From: a virus
Taxonomy: Duplodnaviria > Caudoviricetes
IMG/VR virus record: IMGVR_UViG_3300017754_001906
Coordinates: 1,366-65,365 of that record
DNA length: 64,000 bases
Direction: 5' to 3' (one strand)
In this document: positions 57,364-64,000 of the stretch, piece after piece
Numbering within the stretch: position 1 is the first letter of the stretch
How the letters are laid out: each line of letters starts with the position of its first letter
Notes under the pieces: model-generated
Told to the model about the DNA's origin: nothing
What the model saw: the letters and a program-made list of their open reading frames with translations, nothing else
Databases searched by the model: none
Translations under genes and position numbers: made by a program

Positions 57364-57555
57364 CTAATCTTTCGCCTTCGGTGGGCGGTTTGCTGGCGGT
57401 CGCTCCGTCAGCTTCTTAGCCACCTTCGGCGGCAATTTTGCTTTGGCGGCTTCGCCTAGCCAAGCGGCTAGCGTCAAGCCTTCGGCTTTCGCTGCTTCTT
57501 CGAATGCTGCCCACCAATCGGCAGGCTGGGTTATGTTTTTACGTTCGTTCGTCAT
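57364..57555 (-). CDS. small DNA-binding protein (ribbon-helix-helix-like)
   Basis: RKNITQPADWWAAFEEAAKAEGLTLAAWLGEAA; basic Pro-rich tail. Confidence 0.65.
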   Translation of the reverse strand: MTNERKNITQPADWWAAFEEAAKAEGLTLAAWLGEAAKAKLPPKVAKKLTERPPANRPPKAKD

Positions 57556-57785
57556 TCGCTCGTTTCCTCATCGCAAAACGACATATACTCCATCCAAAGT
57601 CCTTCAATCAGGCTATCGGCACATGTAGGATCAGAGCAAATCGTATTTAGCGATTGTGCAATCAAACTAGCTTCTTGCTCTCCGTTTGCCGAGGCAATCG
57701 AAATGTAACTATCACCGTAAGCAACTCGAACAACCCAATCTCCGGTGTTTCGATCTTCGTGCGCTGTGAACGACAGGTTTTGCAT
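57552..57785 (-). CDS. hypothetical early protein
   Basis: ATG 57785 after GAGG; ATGA-coupled downstream. Confidence 0.55.
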   Translation of the reverse strand: MQNLSFTAHEDRNTGDWVVRVAYGDSYISIASANGEQEASLIAQSLNTICSDPTCADSLIEGLWMEYMSFCDEETSE

Positions 57786-57963
57786 TTGAATCCTCTTTAG
57801 TAAACTCATTCAGTATGTACTTTGCCGGAGCGTAACATCGATTAAGCAACACTCCGCTTTTATGGTAAAACCGGCCCAGAACACTAGAACCGTTTTCTAA
57901 TTTCTCGCTTTCCTCAAACTCCACCCAGCGGGTGGAGTCCTCTTTGTCGATCCATCTTTGCAT
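57712..57963 (-). CDS. hypothetical early protein
   Basis: TAATG-coupled to the upstream small ORF; C-terminus overlaps the next gene. Confidence 0.5.
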   Translation of the reverse strand: MQRWIDKEDSTRWVEFEESEKLENGSSVLGRFYHKSGVLLNRCYAPAKYILNEFTKEDSNAKPVVHSARRSKHRRLGCSSCLR

Positions 57964-58091
57964 TATTCCACCGTGTACTTGTGAACGTATCCGCCGATTT
58001 GTGATGCAATCGTTTCTGCCATCTTCTTGGTTGATACTCGTGCGATTTCTTTTTCATCTTTTGTTACGATCCAGGTTACTTTTTTGGTCAT
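57963..58091 (-). CDS. small hypothetical protein (below the ORF-track cut-off)
   Basis: MTKKVTWIVTKDEKEIARVSTKKMAETIASQIGGYVHKYTVE*; AAGGA RBS; first gene after a promoter. Confidence 0.65.
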   Translation of the reverse strand: MTKKVTWIVTKDEKEIARVSTKKMAETIASQIGGYVHKYTVE

Positions 58092-58134
58092 TTTTCGTTT
58101 CCTTGTTTGTGGTTATCGTTGCCGTGATGTAGTT

Positions 58135-58163
58135 ACTATACACACACTTATCGACTAGGGCAA
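58135..58163 (-). promoter_or_regulatory. sigma70-type early promoter
   Basis: Minus strand TTGCCC-17 bp-TATAGT with AT-rich upstream sequence. Confidence 0.6.
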
Positions 58164-58433
58164 GAACTCTACACACACTTTCTGGAAATTATTTGGAAAA
58201 TCTTTTGGCGGTTCAGAACGGGGAACAAAGTCATGCATCGAAGTCCGCCTTAGGCCGTTTCCTGATGGTGAATCAACTAGTGCGGACTCGATGATGACAT
58301 ACGTTATGTGCAGTGCCAGCTCGTTTTCAAGATCGAGAATTTTCAGGATCAACTCGAGGCGACCGTGTGTATTCTCCAGAGTTTTCGCCAACTGAAGTCC
58401 TCGAACGGAAAGTGAAACGGGTACATTAGACAT
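58155..58433 (-). CDS. hypothetical protein
   Basis: ATG 58433 preceded by GAGG; 92 aa. Confidence 0.45.
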   Translation of the reverse strand: MSNVPVSLSVRGLQLAKTLENTHGRLELILKILDLENELALHITYVIIESALVDSPSGNGLRRTSMHDFVPRSEPPKDFPNNFQKVCVEFLP

Positions 58434-58464
58434 ATCGTAAAACCTCAAAAAAGTTACATCGAAA

Positions 58465-58510
58465 CTGCGAAATTGCAGACTTTCAGGGGCTCGGGCAAAC
58501 CCCCCTCGAG
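58465..58510. repeat. intergenic repeat family 2, copy E
   Basis: ctgcgaNNNtgcagactYtcaggggc-N10-ccccctcgag; 35/46 identical to 62705-62750. Confidence 0.85.
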
Positions 58511-58522
58511 CTCGCAATCTGA

Positions 58523-58861
58523 TCAGGATGGCAATCGATAAACTGCTGAATACCAGCAAGTGCATTGCTCGTAATAATATCCAGCCTTCGTCAGTGCTTC
58601 GTCGAGCTGATCACTCAACGAGTACTGCCCGTAATCCCAATTGCAGAACTTCGCCAAGTCGCCTCCGTCATGCACCAGTATCAGCAGAGAATCGGTGCCG
58701 TACTCCTCCTTGCGAGCCTGCCATTCTTCTGGCGTCCAGAACGCTCGGCAACCACCACCGAAAGCATCTTCTCCGATAACTCGCCTTACAATCTCAGCGA
58801 CCTTGAGTGCCTCACCACTCAAGTGCTCTGTCCGAAAATCGTCTAGTCTCGTCGTGCTCAT
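58523..58861 (-). CDS. hypothetical early protein
   Basis: MSTTRLDDF...LVHDGGDL...; ATG 58861 after GGAG. Confidence 0.7.
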   Translation of the reverse strand: MSTTRLDDFRTEHLSGEALKVAEIVRRVIGEDAFGGGCRAFWTPEEWQARKEEYGTDSLLILVHDGGDLAKFCNWDYGQYSLSDQLDEALTKAGYYYEQCTCWYSAVYRLPS

Positions 58862-58947
58862 GCTAATCTCCCTGTGTTGTTGAAACCTGCGACGTTGCAG
58901 GGGCTCGCCCACTGACCTGACGACAGTGAGCGATGCCCGCAAAACGT

Positions 58948-59205
58948 CTAATCTCCGTACACGGAAAGGCTTTTGCCGCACTGATCGCACTGGCACTCGC
59001 CTTCCCACACAATGCCCACGCCTTCGAACTTCCAGCCGTCTCCGATGTTTCTCTTCGTCGAGTCCACGATGTTGCGGAAGTTGTCTTTGCAGCACTGAAG
59101 GCAGAGCGAGCCACCATCGGACATCAACGCCGACTTCTCGTAGCCTCCTGGCCACGCATACGGGTGTCGGATCGCTTCCTTGAGTTGCTTGATGCTACTT
59201 GGCAT
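58948..59205 (-). CDS. hypothetical early protein
   Basis: YAWPGGY...DGGSLCLQC...CQCDQCG; AGGAG RBS. Confidence 0.75.
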   Translation of the reverse strand: MPSSIKQLKEAIRHPYAWPGGYEKSALMSDGGSLCLQCCKDNFRNIVDSTKRNIGDGWKFEGVGIVWEGECQCDQCGKSLSVYGD

Positions 59206-59434
59206 TGCTTAATCTCCTGTTCCTCTTCCTTACCACTTGAAACACGCACTCGAAATCTCCAGCTGCACCACTGATCAGCTTGAATGTCCATTCCGCTGGT
59301 ACGCAATAGAGCTTAGCCCTCTCTCTTGCTTCGTCGATTGCAAGTGAGCCCAATTGCTGGATTGCATCGTCCCCGTCAAATGCATCGCCTGGGACGGCTA
59401 TTTCGTAGTAGTCATAAACACACTTACTGCCCAT
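59195..59434 (-). CDS. hypothetical early protein
   Basis: 79-aa ORF overlapping both neighbours by 11 nt. Confidence 0.6.
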   Translation of the reverse strand: MGSKCVYDYYEIAVPGDAFDGDDAIQQLGSLAIDEARERAKLYCVPAEWTFKLISGAAGDFECVFQVVRKRNRRLSNAK

Positions 59435-59768
59435 AGATCAAGCCCTCCACTTCGTAAAGATCGAAACTGCCGTATGGTTTGCATGCAGAGGTTAGCTTGT
59501 CGCCAACCTCGCCGAGTCCGCGATCCCAAAACCCAGCACCGTGACCATTGCGGGTCAGCCAAAAGTCATGACCGGATTGCTCATCGTCAAGACCGTCAAG
59601 CAATGTCGCATTGGCTTCTAGGAAGTCCTTGCAGTCGCCTCGCATTGCCTCGAGTGTTTTTGGGTCGATGTCCTCGATTGAGTACATGTCTAGTGGTTCA
59701 CTGTTGTCGTCGGTCGATGACCACAGGGCGCATGCAACGTATGCATTGAAGAATTGCTCGAGGTTCAC
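59424..59768 (-). CDS. hypothetical early protein
   Basis: FFNAYVACALWSS...GHDFWLTRNGHGAGFWDRG, a recurring phage early-protein pattern; GTGA-coupled start. Confidence 0.75.
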   Translation of the reverse strand: MNLEQFFNAYVACALWSSTDDNSEPLDMYSIEDIDPKTLEAMRGDCKDFLEANATLLDGLDDEQSGHDFWLTRNGHGAGFWDRGLGEVGDKLTSACKPYGSFDLYEVEGLIYGQ

Positions 59769-60001
59769 GATACCACCTCCGCCCATGCTCCAACGCATCC
59801 ATCTCTCCAGCACAGCTCATTCGCTGCCCATGAATCCTGCCTCCAACCCTGAATGCCAAGTGCCTTCTTGACTCGGCGAGCGATCTGCAGATCTGTTGCG
59901 GTGTCTGGCAACTCGATCTCGACTCGTCGCACCCATGCATAATTGCCTGACCAGCCACCTTCGTCAGCCCAAAGGTCCGTCATCTCTGCTCTGATCTTCA
60001 T
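59765..60001 (-). CDS. hypothetical early protein
   Basis: EMTDL...GNYAWVRR pattern; GGAG RBS; first gene after the 60048 promoter. Confidence 0.7.
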   Translation of the reverse strand: MKIRAEMTDLWADEGGWSGNYAWVRRVEIELPDTATDLQIARRVKKALGIQGWRQDSWAANELCWRDGCVGAWAEVVS

Positions 60002-60047
60002 CGCTAATCTCCAATCAATTTGTACGGAACGTAAAACCGAAGCAACC

Positions 60048-60076
60048 AATGTATCGACCACTCATGCGTGTGTCAA
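60048..60076 (-). promoter_or_regulatory. strong sigma70-type early promoter
   Basis: Minus strand TTGACA-17 bp-TACATT with an AT-rich UP-like tract (60077-60120). Confidence 0.7.
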
Positions 60077-60234
60077 TTAGGGTTTAATGGAATTTTTCTA
60101 TTTGTCACTTAAAATCTTAAAAGCCCCCCGAATACGCATCGGGAGAACCGCGCCGCACTTCGTGAGACTTTCTGATAGTAGTGCGGAAACTATCGGGAGA
60201 ACCAAGTGCTATCGCTTGAGCAGTCGAGTTCTAG

Positions 60235-61092
60235 TCATGGCAAGCCGTCATAGCCAACCCAACCCATGGCTCGAGGATCGTTGTCCTCGTAATACCCTTC
60301 GCTTTCTTTGTGCAATTCGTTGTAAAGGTCATCAAGACTCTTGTCGGTATCTGCCCAGTTTTCAGCAATCGGGTCGATGCACTTTTCTGCTGCTCTAATA
60401 ATGCGTCGAGCGGTCTTGTCGTAATCGACTACATTCTTACTGTGAACAACAAGTACTTTGATTGTTTCGCTGAAACTGGCGCACCAGTCATCTCCTGTCC
60501 ACTCGCAGTCAGTTCCGCATTCGCAAACGATGCTGTGAGCACACCAGTCGCTATCTGACATCTCTGACCCACTGCCTTCGTCTTGGCAAGGGTCGCAAAA
60601 AGTCTTGTGTCCACTGACTGTTAAAACAACACGCTTGCCCTCAACACAATCAAGCGATTTGATACCAGTGCAACCTGACGGTTCTAGATCGGCATCTTTC
60701 CATCCGAATGATACGATATCGAAACAACTGTCTAAGTTGCGACCTTCGTTCATGCTTCGAAGGACATCCCGTAGTTTTTTTAGGTCAACATCAATCGCGG
60801 CAGGTTTTTGTGCCTTTGTCTCATTGACCTTGAAATCGACCACCAACCAACCACGATAGAAATGCGTCTCTGGCGCGCACTCTGCGTGCATCTTCTCAAT
60901 AGAGGTCCAGTCGCGTTGGTAGTATCGTCTGCCTGCGCCCTGAGCTAGTTCCAGGTGGAGGTAATCTCGGACTTCCTGCGGTACCTCATCGCCTCTCAGC
61001 CACTTGCCTCGCCCTCGTCGTCGTGCGCCGAAGAACATGATCCCGCCGATGCTGTTTCGAAACCTTGCTTGCCATCGTCTTTCGGTCTTCAT
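60235..61092 (-). CDS. hypothetical early protein
   Basis: 285 aa; AGGAG RBS. Confidence 0.65.
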   Translation of the reverse strand: MKTERRWQARFRNSIGGIMFFGARRRGRGKWLRGDEVPQEVRDYLHLELAQGAGRRYYQRDWTSIEKMHAECAPETHFYRGWLVVDFKVNETKAQKPAAIDVDLKKLRDVLRSMNEGRNLDSCFDIVSFGWKDADLEPSGCTGIKSLDCVEGKRVVLTVSGHKTFCDPCQDEGSGSEMSDSDWCAHSIVCECGTDCEWTGDDWCASFSETIKVLVVHSKNVVDYDKTARRIIRAAEKCIDPIAENWADTDKSLDDLYNELHKESEGYYEDNDPRAMGWVGYDGLP

Positions 61093-61164
61093 CTATTCAC
61101 TCCTGTGCCGTATGGGCTCGGCTTGCCACCACGAAGATTGCGTCATGGTTCACATCCACAAACT

Positions 61165-61213
61165 GGGGACGCGAGCCCTAAGACTCGCCGCACTAGCCCT
61201 AACCCCTGCTAGT
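61165..61213. repeat. structured intergenic repeat family 1, copy A
   Basis: GGGGAC-GCGAG[8]CTCGC-CGC-ACTAGC[CCTAACCCCT]GCTAGT. Confidence 0.9.
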
Positions 61214-61681
61214 AACCTTGACTTTCTTTACCTTGCCCTGCTTCGTAAGGGTTGCTTGGTACTCCATTGCCGTCACCAGTCGTTCGGCAATAATCGATTC
61301 CGACTCAAGCTTTCTGACTGTGTCCCCGTGGAAATGATGTGCATGCAGTTTTCCATGTTTTGTGTTGATTACGAGGATGACTGTTGGGAGTTCGTACGGA
61401 ACGCCGTTTGAGGATCCAACCTGAACTCCAGTCGACACCTCTAAGACCTTGGCTTTTGAGTACCCTGTGAGTCGCACCCAATCGCCGATCACAATTGACT
61501 CCACGGGAACCTCAAAAAGCGAGAGATAGAAGCGATTTGCCTCACCTCCACGCTTGGTGAACCGCCGACCGGCGCCGCCACACTTAAAACACTTCGTCCC
61601 GTACATTGTGCAGTACGAATACTCGCCGGATCCACCGCAGCGACTGCATGTCTCAACTTCAAAACCGTGCGCGTCAAACAT
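61199..61681 (-). CDS. protein with DnaJ-type CxxCxGxG Zn-finger N-terminus
   Basis: CSRCGGSG...CFKCGGAG; GGAG RBS. Confidence 0.75.
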   Translation of the reverse strand: MFDAHGFEVETCSRCGGSGEYSYCTMYGTKCFKCGGAGRRFTKRGGEANRFYLSLFEVPVESIVIGDWVRLTGYSKAKVLEVSTGVQVGSSNGVPYELPTVILVINTKHGKLHAHHFHGDTVRKLESESIIAERLVTAMEYQATLTKQGKVKKVKVTSRG

Positions 61682-61704
61682 TTCGCAATCTCCTATGTTG
61701 TGTG

Positions 61705-62091
61705 TTAGTTATAGTTTCCACGTTCTACTAGATCGCCCCAGCAACCGAGCCGGAAACGCCCGTTGACGTACAGCAACGTCAGGTCGTACGTGTCGCCGGT
61801 GTTTAGGTACGTGATCTCAGGCGATCGCTCGCCATTCGCTGCGATGTGCTCTACACCGAAAGTGCCGAGATCGACAAATACCGATTCTACGTTAAGGAGG
61901 GTATCGCGAACCAAGAACGATTCGTGGCAATGACGATACTCTCCAGTTGCCTCGAGTTTCTTGCGCACTACAGAACAGAATCGGTGCGCGCGGTTCAGGT
62001 ACATACGTCGATTTTCCACGCCGCCCTCGTACGTTTTTGTACCCTGTTTTCGAGGCTTTAGCCTGGAAAGCCTAACGATTGGACAATGCAT
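61705..62091 (-). CDS. hypothetical early protein
   Basis: ATG 62091 after AGGAG; YLNTGDTYDLTL...F.LGCWGD motif. Confidence 0.7.
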   Translation of the reverse strand: MHCPIVRLSRLKPRKQGTKTYEGGVENRRMYLNRAHRFCSVVRKKLEATGEYRHCHESFLVRDTLLNVESVFVDLGTFGVEHIAANGERSPEITYLNTGDTYDLTLLYVNGRFRLGCWGDLVERGNYN

Positions 62092-62112
62092 CTTCAATCT
62101 CCTGTTGTTTTC

Positions 62113-62133
62113 GCCCCGTCTCACTGGGGCTGG
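62113..62133. repeat. hairpin repeat family 3, copy 1
   Basis: GCCCC-gtctcact-GGGGC-tgg; second copy at 62680-62700. Confidence 0.8.
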
Positions 62134-62156
62134 TTCCGTTGTGACACTGTGTCAGC

Positions 62157-62207
62157 GGGGACGCAGGGGGGAAACCCCCTGCCGCACTAGACCTAACCCC
62201 TTCTAGT
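62157..62207. repeat. structured intergenic repeat family 1, copy B
   Basis: GGGGAC-GCAGGGGG[GAAA]CCCCCTGC-CGC-ACTAGA[CCTAACCCCT]TCTAGT. Confidence 0.9.
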
Positions 62208-62661
62208 CGCGATCTACGAGCGCCTGTACCCATTCCTGCGAGTAGCCGTATCGTCCCGCTTGCTCGCGAGCTTGCGTCACCTGCCCGTTTTCAACGGAAG
62301 CTCTCACAATTTCAGCGTGCTCGTACTCCGCCGCTCTTTCGTCGTCGCCGACTTCAAGGTTTCCGTTGGCGATATCAATCCTCATCGCATCGATATCATG
62401 ATTGTCGTCATCGTGTTTCGCGAGCCATTCTTCTCGCTCGCAATCGGTGCAGGTGCCTTCTTCGATGTTTTCGCCACCGCAATCTATGCAAACCTCTTCG
62501 TCGAATCTTGGGGAGAGTTCGTTCGCGTCGAGCATTTCGCGAACATCGTCATTGCTCATGTACTTGAGTGCGCAGAGCAGCAGGTAATCAGCGGAAACCA
62601 CTTGGTTTTCTACCAAATTGATCGCGAAACTGCGGGGGTCGGTCTTGAAATCGTTACTCAT
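62203..62661 (-). CDS. hypothetical acidic early protein with a Zn knuckle
   Basis: CIDCGG...CTDC; ATG 62661 after AAGGAG. Confidence 0.7.
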   Translation of the reverse strand: MSNDFKTDPRSFAINLVENQVVSADYLLLCALKYMSNDDVREMLDANELSPRFDEEVCIDCGGENIEEGTCTDCEREEWLAKHDDDNHDIDAMRIDIANGNLEVGDDERAAEYEHAEIVRASVENGQVTQAREQAGRYGYSQEWVQALVDRD

Positions 62662-62679
62662 TATCAATCTCCTTGGTGT

Positions 62680-62700
62680 GCCTCGTCTCACTGAGGCTGG
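62680..62700. repeat. hairpin repeat family 3, copy 2
   Basis: GCCTC-gtctcact-GAGGC-tgg (compensatory pair change versus copy 1). Confidence 0.8.
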
Positions 62701-62704
62701 TGTT

Positions 62705-62750
62705 CTGCGACAGTGCAGACTCTCAGGGGCAGGGCGTTTGCCCCCTCGAG
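62705..62750. repeat. intergenic repeat family 2, copy D
   Basis: 35/46 identical to 58465-58510. Confidence 0.85.
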
Positions 62751-62769
62751 TGCGTACTGCCTAGGGGGT

Positions 62770-63324
62770 CTAGTACGAGCCGAATCCGTTGAAGACACCT
62801 ACGCAGTACAACGAGGCATCACTGGGGACAGGGCATCCACGGCGTGTTAACTCGGCGATGATCGCGTCAGCAATCCACTGGTTTCGATCAGCCTTGTAGT
62901 GACCGATCGCCCGTGCGCCTGTCACTCTCGCGTTGGCGAGCCACTGGAGCAAAGAATCAGTGTCGAAGCTTAGGAGCGCCTCGATCTTTGATCGCGGTTT
63001 GGTCGCTACGATTCTTCGCTTAAGCACTTTTGCGAGGCGCTTGCACACCTCGTCGTTCTCGGCTAGCCAGTCGCACTGCCAAGCGCCGCTCGCTGCTGCC
63101 CTGTTGGTCACAGTGACAAGACGGCATGTCTTGTCGGTGGAATGTGAAAACCAGGAAATCCACAACACTTCGCGGTGTGAGTGAGCGTGAGCAAATGTGA
63201 CAGCTTCTCTCAGGGTGTCGAAGGTCTTCGCCTTCCGGTCTCCCGCTCCTCCTGCGTCCATCGCACCTGCGATAAAGGATTCGTGGGCAACTTCGACACC
63301 TGCTCGATTAACGACTTTCGTCAT
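62770..63324 (-). CDS. hypothetical early protein
   Basis: ATG 63324 after GAGAGGAG. Confidence 0.65.
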   Translation of the reverse strand: MTKVVNRAGVEVAHESFIAGAMDAGGAGDRKAKTFDTLREAVTFAHAHSHREVLWISWFSHSTDKTCRLVTVTNRAAASGAWQCDWLAENDEVCKRLAKVLKRRIVATKPRSKIEALLSFDTDSLLQWLANARVTGARAIGHYKADRNQWIADAIIAELTRRGCPVPSDASLYCVGVFNGFGSY

Positions 63325-63373
63325 GTTCGGAACTCCTCTCCAGAAAAAAAATTCCAGTGACACTGTGCCACCT

Positions 63374-63427
63374 GGGGACGCTAGGGAATAAAATTCCCTA
63401 GCCGCGCTTGCCCTAACCCCTGCAAGC
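63374..63427. repeat. structured intergenic repeat family 1, copy C
   Basis: GGGGAC-GCTAGGGAAT[AAA]ATTCCCTAGC-CGC-GCTTGC[CCTAACCCCT]GCAAGC. Confidence 0.9.
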
Positions 63428-63682
63428 AACCCAACGAGGATGCAGATTCCAGTGAGAAGTCTGCAAATAAACGATTTCTACGCCACAAGAGTCGTCGACC
63501 ACTAAAACATCTTTCTTGACCAGCGATCCGATCACACCGCGAAAGATTTTCATCGGGATGCCGGTCGCCCGGGCTAGGTCACGGGTTGAAACATCTGAAT
63601 ACCCTGGCTCGTTATCAAGCAAAGGGATCAGCGTGTTTATGCAAGATCGTTCCAGTTCTGTCAGTGTTGCGATCATCCTCAA
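63413..63682 (-). CDS. winged-helix-like DNA-binding protein
   Basis: STRDLARATGIPMKIFRGVIGSLVKKDVLVVD. Confidence 0.6.
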   Translation of the reverse strand: MRMIATLTELERSCINTLIPLLDNEPGYSDVSTRDLARATGIPMKIFRGVIGSLVKKDVLVVDDSCGVEIVYLQTSHWNLHPRWVACRG

Positions 63683-63686
63683 TCTC

Positions 63687-63941
63687 CTAGATCAGTTCAA
63701 AAAGTGTTGCGGTTGCTAGGGTGAATCGCTCTCGAGCGTTTGCCACCTCGCTAGCGGTGAATCCAGCTTCTTCGGTGATACCGAGATCCAAGCAGGTGTC
63801 CGATCCGTTGGTGTAGCAAGACCACTTGCAGACCCCGTTGAGTCCCACGGCGTTATCTGGCAGGCAGACAAAGCTAGTGAGCCGTTTCGAATCAGCCTCG
63901 TTTAGATCGGCGATCGCTTCGATCTGCTCTTCGGTTCGCAT
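63687..63941 (-). CDS. hypothetical early protein
   Basis: ATG 63941 after GGAG. Confidence 0.6.
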   Translation of the reverse strand: MRTEEQIEAIADLNEADSKRLTSFVCLPDNAVGLNGVCKWSCYTNGSDTCLDLGITEEAGFTASEVANARERFTLATATLFELI

Positions 63942-64000
63942 CGTTTTCAATCTCCAAAAGGTTTTTCGTTCCCGGCAACGTTGCCGTGCATACACGGTAT

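Noticed and set aside
57079-57366. Stop-codon readthrough or recoded TAG (37 sense codons follow the TAG in frame)
   Set aside because: Many genes end at TAG or TGA with tight coupling and code 11 gives full coding density; one short in-frame extension is expected by chance.
61165-63427. Family-1 element as a twister, pistol, HDV-like or hammerhead ribozyme
   Set aside because: Fragments are suggestive (CCUAAC, GUCCC, UUAGGG), but the required cores and order (YUAA/GA + AAGC-P4; CCCUAA partner; P4-J4/2; CUGAnGA/GAAA) are not conserved across the three copies.
58465-63427. CRISPR array or integron
   Set aside because: The repeats are separated by whole genes of 0.5-4 kb; there are no cas genes, no tyrosine integrase and no GTTRRRY attC cores.

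Overview
This window is a 64-kb segment of a tailed dsDNA phage genome using genetic code 11, with dense coding and no tRNA, rRNA or CRISPR array that I can support. The morphotype is probably podovirus-like: terminase, portal, scaffold, major capsid, adaptor and nozzle-like proteins, fibres and three large putative ejected proteins, with no recognisable tail tube or tape measure. A Planctomycetota host is inferred from a Planctomycete-like RimI, CsrA, Pro/Cys-rich exported proteins and CCC-starting proteins. Layout: 1-2.6 kb small accessory genes (+); 3.05-3.64 kb serine resolvase (-); 4.2-44.9 kb packaging and virion genes (+), ending in a 4497-aa polyvalent protein; 44.9-48.4 kb exported/thioredoxin/papain/phosphoesterase module; 48.5-56.2 kb recombination and replication genes; 56.2-64 kb small early-type genes (-) separated by recurring structured elements. 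Main findings: (1) a terminase intein whose interior is dual-coding, with a complete HNH homing-endonuclease gene in the +1 frame; (2) a family of intergenic stem-loop modules with compensatory base changes between early genes; (3) an Erv1/ALR-like sulfhydryl oxidase fused to a glycosyltransferase-like domain next to very Cys-rich virion-region genes; (4) a recurrent RYSPGR motif between the domains of the giant protein. All homology calls come from motif recognition by eye; no database search was run.
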